A DNA stretch of 64,000 nucleotides from Octopus vulgaris (taxonomy: Eukaryota), in NCBI GenBank assembly GCA_951406725.2, contig OX597822.1:77128001-77192000 (forward strand), in the 5' to 3' direction. Positions within the stretch are counted from its first letter, which is position 1. Every line of letters starts with the position of its first letter. Shown here one piece after another: positions 55,438 to 64,000 of this stretch. Under the pieces are notes generated by a model. The model made no database searches and had not been told where the DNA came from. It saw only the letters and a program-made list of their open reading frames with translations. The position numbers and the translations under genes are program-made.

Positions 55438-55830
55438 ACTAGCTGACGTACCCGGTAATTCCCAGAAAAACGGGGTTTAACTCCTGATCCCGTTCTCATA
55501 ATTGTTTCGCTAATCCAATAGTAATAATACAAAGTATGTGGCCCTTAAAACGGTTTTTGTGCGTTTACAGAGAATAATCAAACCGCCGTCTGACATAGGA
55601 TCTTGTTTGTAGGAAACCCCAATAAGTTAAGAATACCAAAATCGTGAAGTTGTTTACATAATGACATGCAACTTAGTTACCCGATAGTAAGAATTCAAAT
55701 AGAGTAGCCTTGAAAAGGTCTTTAATGCGTTCCCAGAGTATATAGAACTTAGGAGGAAATATCAATAAGGTATGTATAGCAAAATCGTGATATGGGATAA
55801 TAGCAATTCAAATAAGTCTGAAAAGTTCTT
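55438..55830 (-). mobile_element. Helitron-like 3' end
   Basis: Minus strand ends ...gggaattaccgggtacgtcagCTAG|T next to (TA)n; the far boundary is uncertain. Confidence 0.45.
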
Positions 55831-55890
55831 CATGAAGTGCCTGTCACTTGGCTGAAGTGGCATGAAAAGCATTGTCATTCATGGTATATT

Positions 55891-56115
55891 GGTGAGCTGG
55901 CAGAAACGTTAGCACGCCGGGCGAAATGCTTAACGGTATTTCGTCTGCGTTACGTTGTGAGTTCAAATTCCGCCGAGGTCGACTTTGCCTTTCATCCTTT
56001 CGGGGTCGATAAATTAAGTACCAGTTACGCACTGGGGTCGATGTAATCGACTTAATACCTGTCTGTCCTTGTTTGTCCCCTCTGTGTTTAGCCCCTTGTG
56101 GGTAATAAAGAAATA
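55891..56115 (+). mobile_element. SINE family B (Meta-domain-like)
   Basis: Close match to 22609-22842; 13-bp TSD ggtatattggtga at 55883-55895 / 56116-56128. Confidence 0.85.
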
Positions 56116-56233
56116 GGTATATTGGTGAATAAGTCACTAACCGAAATAAGTGGATCTATTATTAAGGAAAATGCTATTTACTAATTTAAGGGTTTTTCCG
56201 GGTAAAGTGCGAAAATAACCCTAACGGTTTAAA

Positions 56234-57510
56234 TACCGTAAAAACCCATGTAATTTGCGCAACCTGTATAATTTACGCAGGTGATTTTCAGGATAAAGTT
56301 TTTAAAAAAGCTTTTTCTCATGTGAAATTTACACCCAAAACTTTTCAGATATGGCCAGGAAAAAAATGGTTTTCAGTTTAGTTGTATTTAGCATAATTTC
56401 ACTTTTAATTAAATTTTCATTAAATAAAAATGATTTCTGTTTAACAGGTATCACATTGAAAGCTACTAAATTACAAAGTGTTTGTGTTGTTTATGATAAA
56501 CTTTATTTTACATTTCTTGCCCACAAGGGATTATGTCCGATCTTTATGTCTTCTCAAATCACGATCACAGGAAAAGTTGTTGATAAGAATTATCAACAAA
56601 AACAACGTTGAAGAATACGCACAAGTGTTACAAATTAAGTTTAATCACCAATGAACATCAGCTTGGATGACACTTTACTCAACCGACAGAGGAAGGTGAC
56701 CGATCAAACTGATTATTTAAACAGAATTTTGATTGTTCGAAAGCGACTTCTTGTCTCAGCCTCTGATTTTCCGCCTATTCTTGTGGGGACCTATGATACG
56801 GAGTATCAAAATTTTAATCCCTTTCACACTTATAAAATGTCAAGCAAACTTTAAAATTTGTCCTTACCGTTATTATCAGTATGGGTAGAACTTATGAATT
56901 GTTTATAGCGAAGGAGAAATTTAATATGTTGAATATGCGTTTAAACGTGGCAATAGAGCTACCGGAAGACATTTTAATGTTAATAAAGCCAATGTTCGAA
57001 ATTGGCGTAAACAGTACGACAAACTTAAAACTCTACCTAATTATAAACAGACAAAATTAAAACCATACAATCAAGATTATCCATATCTTTACATTTTTTC
57101 AGTCAGGAATATTCATATCACTATGTATGTCAATGGTGCTCCATTGCGATAGGTAGAAACTCAAAGCACTGAAAAAAAATATGGCCCGGGTCGTGATTAC
57201 CAGCATGAACGTCAGACTTCAAAACGTAGTTAACCATTTAATGGTTTTGGTAAATTTATACGGAAAAAGTAAACATTATACCATCCAGCATAAATAAAAG
57301 TCAACCTCATTATATTTAAGCCCTTATTTTTTCTATAAAACCTATTCTGACATTAAATGAGTCGATTTCCGGTACAAATGTTTACGTTTTGTACGTCTTT
57401 TTTCAACAAATAAAATTTCTAAAAAAAAATTCTGGAAACGATCTACTCGTGTAATTTACGCACCCCTAAAGTTTATTTCTATTTTGGCCACCACGTATTT
57501 ATACAAGCGG
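56234..57510 (+). mobile_element. pogo/Tigger-like element remnant
   Basis: TA-ccgtaaaaacccatgtaatttgcgc terminus; 56928-57047 reads VEYAFKRGNRATGRHFNVNKANVRNWRKQYDKL (Brinker/pogo-type HTH). Confidence 0.6.
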
Positions 57511-57829
57511 TCACTCTAATGATATCACTTCTCTAATAAATGGAGGGAGAAATGACCAGTGGACAAAAGAGAAAAATAAAGAAAAATGAATGGGTTATTT
57601 CCCCTTGGCCGTTAAAAGAAATAATAGATGAGTTACACCTGAACCCTTTCTAGGGGCCCTAGCAGTTCAATTATAGATTTTTATTAAACTGCAAAGTTAA
57701 ACTCTCGGTTTGATAATGATACGAGTGAGGAATCTAACGCGGGTCTTGTGTAAGCGTATATATGTTTAATAAAATGAAACAAAACCAAGGCTGTGTGGAA
57801 TTTATAGGACATTTATAAAGAGAAAGGTA

Positions 57830-57877
57830 GTCTTACAGCTGTTTCTGAGATATTAGGGATATCCCTTCATCAGAGAC
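57830..57877 (-). ncRNA. Type I hammerhead, intact core, palindromic stem III
   Basis: Minus strand: gtct-CTGATGA-a-gggata(tccctaa)tatctc-a-GAAA-cagctg-TA-agac. Confidence 0.7.
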
Positions 57878-58301
57878 GATATGAGAGAGTTAACTAGAGA
57901 TAAATAGTAGAATTTAATATAAGGAGTTATTTTGGAAAAGGATGGATATAGAAGTATAAAGAGAAATAAGAGAATAAAAGTAAAATTAAAAATATATGTA
58001 GGATGTTACAGTTGCAGTTCCATTATCCAAGGAAAGTGCTGTTTGGAAAGGATAGAAAAGCTTTTTGTCTATGGACAAATCTAAATGCTACCTTAATCAC
58101 CACACAGTATATATACCGAACACCCCTAAGTAATCTCCAACAACTTATATTTTTTTTTTTTTATTCTCTTATTTACCTTTATACTTCCTATGCCCGTCCT
58201 TTTCCAAAATAACTCCTTATATTGAACCCTACTATTTCCCTCTAATTAACTCTCTCATATCGTCTCTGATGAAGGGACATCTCTAATATCCCGGAAACAG
58301 C

Positions 58302-58368
58302 TAGTGGCTAAAAGCGCGGGCTACTAACCCCAAGATTCCGAGTTCGATTCCAGGCAGTGACCTGAATG

Positions 58369-58408
<40 letters not shown>

Positions 58409-58410
58409 TG

Positions 58411-58494
<84 letters not shown>

Positions 58495-58641
58495 TCGAAA
58501 AATACCTTAGGAGTGAGAACTCAGGTTCGAAATTTCCCCAAGACACCTGCTGAAAGCTGGAGGGTATATCAGCTGAAACGTTGCGTTAACAACAAACAAG
58601 ATGAGGACAAATATCCGTCAAAGGTAAATAATGTAAATAAT
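58302..58641 (+). mobile_element. SINE: tRNA-like head + (AAT)n + hammerhead-bearing tail
   Basis: tagtggctaaaagcgc (A box), anticodon-like loop ctACTaa, gagttcgattcc (B box), ~125 bp of (AAT)n, then gacac-CTGCTGA-a-agctg/cagct-GAAAC-GTT-gcgtt at 58542-58587. Confidence 0.75.
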
Positions 58642-58714
58642 TTACCTTTTCCTTTATAGATATTCTATAAATTCCACACAGTCTTGGCTTTGTTGTCTCA
58701 TTTTACTTAACACA

Positions 58715-58786
<72 letters not shown>

Positions 58787-59253
58787 CATATACATATACA
58801 TGTGTGTGTGTGCATGCGTTTGCGTGTGCCTGTGTGTGTGTATATAATCTCCATCAATTGTTTTACTCGATCGCCCTTTTAGCTCAGTTGTGCACATCAG
58901 CAGTTTAATGATGTGAACAGCACCTGCTCTCGCCTGTCAAGTGTCAGAGATGAATACCTTCTGGAAGCATTTTACTATTTCCAAATGACAAACGACAATA
59001 GATTCCCACTAATTCCCCATCTTTTTATTTATTCATCTATTTATTTCAGTGATTAAATGCGCATGCATTATAATTATGTATAGGAATAGACATCATAATT
59101 TATTCATCAATGCTGAAGCTTAATCAGCGAATGGCTGTCTCTCAGAGTTGTAGTTCTAAAAATTCTACCTTCACACAACAAGCGCACACAAACGCACGTA
59201 TACACGCGTGTGCGTATGCAGGTGAACACATACTCATATAGATACACATGCAC

Positions 59254-59290
<37 letters not shown>

Positions 59291-59315
59291 TAGATATATA
59301 GATAGATAGATAGAG

Positions 59316-59375
<60 letters not shown>

Positions 59376-59452
59376 GGGGGGATGTATGTTTGTGTATAAA
59401 CATATATATATATATGTTTGTGTATAAACATATATATATATGTTTGTGTATA

Positions 59453-59516
<64 letters not shown>

Positions 59517-59519
<3 letters not shown>

Positions 59520-59657
59520 GTCACTTGGCTACAACTTGCTTTCGGGTGCTGTTACACCAAGGGCATTGAGAATATATTCTCTTACGTCTAAAATAATGCA
59601 GCAGGCCGACGAAATAACTACACACACACACCTCGTGCATATATGTTCGACATTGTG

Positions 59658-59736
<79 letters not shown>

Positions 59737-60135
59737 GCTGTAGTAATGACAATAAACATTGGGTGAAATTTATAAACATGTAATGCATCACCAGTCAGCA
59801 TCATTAGACTGTGGCCGTCATAATTAAACAGGAGCTTTATCTGCATATCCAGAACGTTTCCCGTAAAGAAATGTAAAATATATATATATGATGTATATAT
59901 CTATGATGTTGTTGGTAAAACATGTTCTATGTCTATCTCCTTATCCTCTTGGAGATTTTAGGTAAATTTATACTAATGTGTCCTTCTAATTTTATTAAAT
60001 TCTATGTCTTTGTGCAGCTGAAGATTGGTCTACATTTTAAATTGATGTAATTAAATGATTGCATTGTTCAACTAAATGGAGTCGCATGAAACGTTCGTAC
60101 TGCATTACCTCTGGATATCCTTGTTGCTTATTTTG

Positions 60136-60186
<51 letters not shown>

Positions 60187-60324
60187 GTCACTTGGCTACA
60201 ACTTGCTTTCGGGTGCTGTTACACCAAGGGCATTGAGAATATATTCTCTTACGTCTAAAATAATGCAGCAGGCCGACGAAATAACTACACACACACACCT
60301 CGTGCATATATGTTCGACATTGTG

Positions 60325-60393
<69 letters not shown>

Positions 60394-60792
60394 GCTGTAG
60401 TAATGACAATAAACATTGGGTGAAATTTATAAACATGTAATGCATCACCAGTCAGCATCATTAGACTGTGGCCGTCATAATTAAACAGGAGCTTTATCTG
60501 CATATCCAGAACGTTTCCCGTAAAGAAATGTAAAATATATATATATGATGTATATATCTATGATGTTGTTGGTAAAACATGTTCTATGTCTATCTCCTTA
60601 TCCTCTTGGAGATTTTAGGTAAATTTATACTAATGTGTCCTTCTAATTTTATTAAATTCTATGTCTTTGTGCAGCTGAAGATTGGTCTACATTTTAAATT
60701 GATGTAATTAAATGATTGCATTGTTCAACTAAATGGAGTCGCATGAAACGTTCGTACTGCATTACCTCTGGATATCCTTGTTGCTTATTTTG

Positions 60793-60845
<53 letters not shown>

Positions 60846-60983
60846 GTCACTTGGCTACAACTTGCTTTCGGGTGCTGTTACACCAAGGGCATTGAGAATA
60901 TATTCTCTTACGTCTAAAATAATGCAGCAGGCCGACGAAATAACTACACACACACACCTCGTGCATATATGTTCGACATTGTG

Positions 60984-61052
<69 letters not shown>

Positions 61053-61449
61053 GCTGTAGTAATGACAATAAACATTGGGTGAAATTTATAAACATGTAAT
61101 GCATCACCAGTCAGCATCATTAGACTGTGGCCGTCATAATTAAACAGGAGCTTTATCTGCATATCCAGAACGTTTCCCGTAAAGAAATGTAAAATATATA
61201 TATATGATGTATATATCTATGATGTTGTTGGTAAAACATGTTCTATGTCTATCTCCTTATCCTCTTGGAGATTTTAGGTAAATTTATACTAATGTGTCCT
61301 TCTAATTTTATTAAATTCTATGTCTTTGTGCAGCTGAAGATTGGTCTACATTTTAAATTGATGTAATTAAATGATTGCATTGTTCAACTAAATGGAGTCG
61401 CATGAAACGTTCGTACTGCATTACCTCTGGATATCCTTGTTGCTTATTT

Positions 61450-61453
<4 letters not shown>
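59517..61453 (+). repeat. Tandem trimer of a ~660-bp unit, each unit with a hammerhead-like motif
   Basis: Units start at 59517, 60184 and 60843 and appear identical except for (TA)n lengths. tgcag-CTGAAGA-[63 nt]-GAAAC-gttc-GTA-ctgca at 60013-60104, 60670-60761 and 61329-61420. Confidence 0.9.
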
Positions 61454-61510
<57 letters not shown>

Positions 61511-61626
61511 TATTCACATATACACACAAATACGTACATACACACGCATTTACGGAGATGCGCACGTATATATACATATATATATGTGTATGTGTGTTTC
61601 TGTGTGTATGTGTGTTTGTGTTTGTG

Positions 61627-61666
<40 letters not shown>

Positions 61667-63321
61667 GGTTCGCCGAGGCCTTTGCGCTCCAGCGTGCCAT
61701 CATACTTACCTGCACGCCAACGTATTCGCTGGTATGCAGAATAAATAATATTGACAGATTCCATAGCACACACACACACACACACACACACATACGCATG
61801 CACACACACATATACACGCATACACATATACACACATACACATATACACACATAAATACACACTCCTATAATGTTATTAAATACTTAAATACAATTTTTA
61901 ATGTCTTCGGTGTGGAACTAGAAAAGATAAAAACACATCTGTTTCTGTTCCTCAGCAAATACTTAAAAAATTCTCGTTTTGCAACACTAAATTTATCTTA
62001 GGCTTTTTAATGGACGCTGTCTTGTGCATAAAATGATTATTAATTATTTAATCACTTCGCCGAGTAAGCATTGCATACGTTTTAGTCTAGCCATTCTAGT
62101 TAACGCCTGGTTTGTTTTTAATTTAAATAGCGAATGTTATGATTTCCCATTGTAAACAGAAAGATGAGGAGTAACTGTGTTTTCGATGAATTATAAAGCA
62201 TATCAGGATTATCTTGCTTGTTTTTCTGTATAGAAAGATAATATCAAAATGTAATTACATCTGCTTAATTTCGACAGTGAGGCTTTTAAAATCAGTAGTT
62301 TAGTAGCATTAAATTTATCTGTTTTACACATACATGGTGTATTAGCATTATATATTTGTGTGTGTGTGTGTGTACGTTATGTGGGTGAGTGCATTTGTAA
62401 GTACCTAGTACATATATACATACACACACATATATGAAGTTTTGAATGGAAAGAGGTCTTTCACAGAGATGTATTTTATTCAAGCGTATACCGGGTTAGC
62501 TCCATATCGATTAATATACTTGGAACCCATTAGTTTGTATTAGTATCAATGTTAACGCTTATGAAGTTCCAGTAGTCGTTATGTTTTCATCCATTCGATA
62601 TAGGGGAGCAGAATTTTAAACATATGATATAAGGAAAAAGGAGAGTTTGAGGGGGAAAAATCAATTTATTTACCTAACAGTCAATTTCATATCGCCTACG
62701 TACGTTTCAATTTCTTACCTTCAGTCATATTTTGCAACTAAGATTGCATTATGCATTTAAAAGGTAAAAATCACTTCAGGGCAAAAATTGACAAAAATTA
62801 ATTCCCATCCTAATGGATAAAGAGTTGCTTACCAACTGAAATATCAGCATGTGTTTATGTGTTTGTTTGTATCAGCATGTGCGTTTTTTTCATTCCTTTC
62901 TTAAAATAGCTTGGGATTAAACTATGAACACAGTGAACAATGGTTAGTTTGGGGTTTGAGGAACTGGGTCATACTACCATTTCCCTTAATGGAATTTAGT
63001 GTTTTTATAAAGACTGTCTACCACTCATATATATATATATATATATACATGTATGCAGATACGCATACTCACACATACACGACACATGCCTAGAAAAAAC
63101 AAAAGTCCGAGTAAGGTTACTAAAACTGTACAACTGAAATGACAGGTGGCTTAGGAATTAGAAAGAATTTCACCAATGCATGGAAGAAAGCTGAAAGAAA
63201 TCTATCAATAAGTTGTTTAGTTGTTTAGTCATACACCATCCCTTGTGGAGTAGATCCGTGATCAAAGTCGTTCCAGTTATGACCATCTTGTCTTTGTCCC
63301 AAGCATAATACATATATGGAT

Positions 63322-63610
63322 GAAGGTGCGTGGGTCAGTGGTTAGAGTGTTGAACTCATGAACTAGCGATCGTGGGTCCGATTCCTAAACCAGACGATGC
63401 GTTATCCTCTTCAGCAAGACACTTCATTCATTTCACGTTGCTGTAAATGGGTAACCCTGGAACGGACTAGCCTTCCAATCAGCGGGGACGTTGGTCTGCT
63501 CGCCTAGCCAGCTGCGTGGCATTTTCGAAAGCTAAAACGGTGCAAATCACATTGCGACCAGCGATGTATAACAACATTTGATAGCCTGCTTGATCACGTG
63601 ATCACGTGAT
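63322..63610 (+). mobile_element. SINE, head D + tail T3
   Basis: The head resembles the reverse complement of 36800-36934; the tail resembles 31450-31570. Confidence 0.65.
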
Positions 63611-64000
63611 AATGCATACTGAATCACATTATCCAACGTCTCCTTTCATTTTTGCGATGATACGTTGGTAATCTGAGGGAAATTTTGTTGCTATTTCTAC
63701 AAAGTTGAGCTACCACGTAAAGACACCTACTTTGACTCGACTATCGAAGAATGTAAAACATAAACGCAATTCTTTGAATGGGAAATTTTATTTGTCGTCG
63801 ACATTGCTGACTTCAATGATTAAAATTATGCTACTATCGAAATAGCCTGGAGGGTAAGTAGGCTTTGTTGTGTGAAGTCGGACTTCAGGTATGTTGTCTG
63901 AAGTTGCTGCTATTGTTCATGCTGTTATTTAACCCCTCCAAGCCAGCATTTACCACACTTACCTTTGATCAGATGCGTCCGGGGTGCAAGACATTCTTTA

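Larger units (their letters stand above)
57763..58711. mobile_element. Inverted pair of an HHR-bearing pseudo-LTR; the right copy is split by a SINE
   Basis: 57763-57980 is the reverse complement of 58160-58302 plus 58643-58711. Confidence 0.85.

Noticed and set aside
59387-59460. Three copies of a palindromic tgtttgtgtataaaca(ta)n unit
   Set aside because: Explained by slippage within a TA tract.
59517-61453. CRISPR-like array
   Set aside because: The units are ~660 bp and identical, with no repeat-spacer structure or cas genes, in a eukaryotic context.

Overview
AT-rich, microsatellite-saturated animal genomic DNA. It is most likely intergenic or intronic sequence from an octopus or other coleoid cephalopod; this is inferred from the SINE families and repeat landscape and was not verified by search. 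No host protein-coding exon can be supported, and nearly all ORF-track entries are translations of microsatellites or SINEs. The window contains: (i) more than 30 copies or fragments of four tRNA-derived SINE families; (ii) decayed Penelope-like elements (PLEs; RT and GIY-YIG remnants); (iii) R4/Dong-like and RTE-like LINE remnants; (iv) mariner, pogo, piggyBac, hAT and Helitron/Helentron relics. The most striking signal, found by reading both strands, is about 15 near-complete type I hammerhead ribozyme (HHR) motifs plus about 5 degenerate ones, from at least 7 sequence-unrelated families. Notable contexts are a tRNA-head/(AAT)n/HHR SINE inserted at the cleavage site of another HHR, a ~660-bp tandem trimer with one HHR per unit (retrozyme-like), an HHR inside a fold-back, and an HHR-capped insert with a 14-bp TSD. 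Several motifs carry catalytic-core variants (A6U, U3-A8, U4C). All folds were made by eye, and coordinates of degenerate repeats are approximate.
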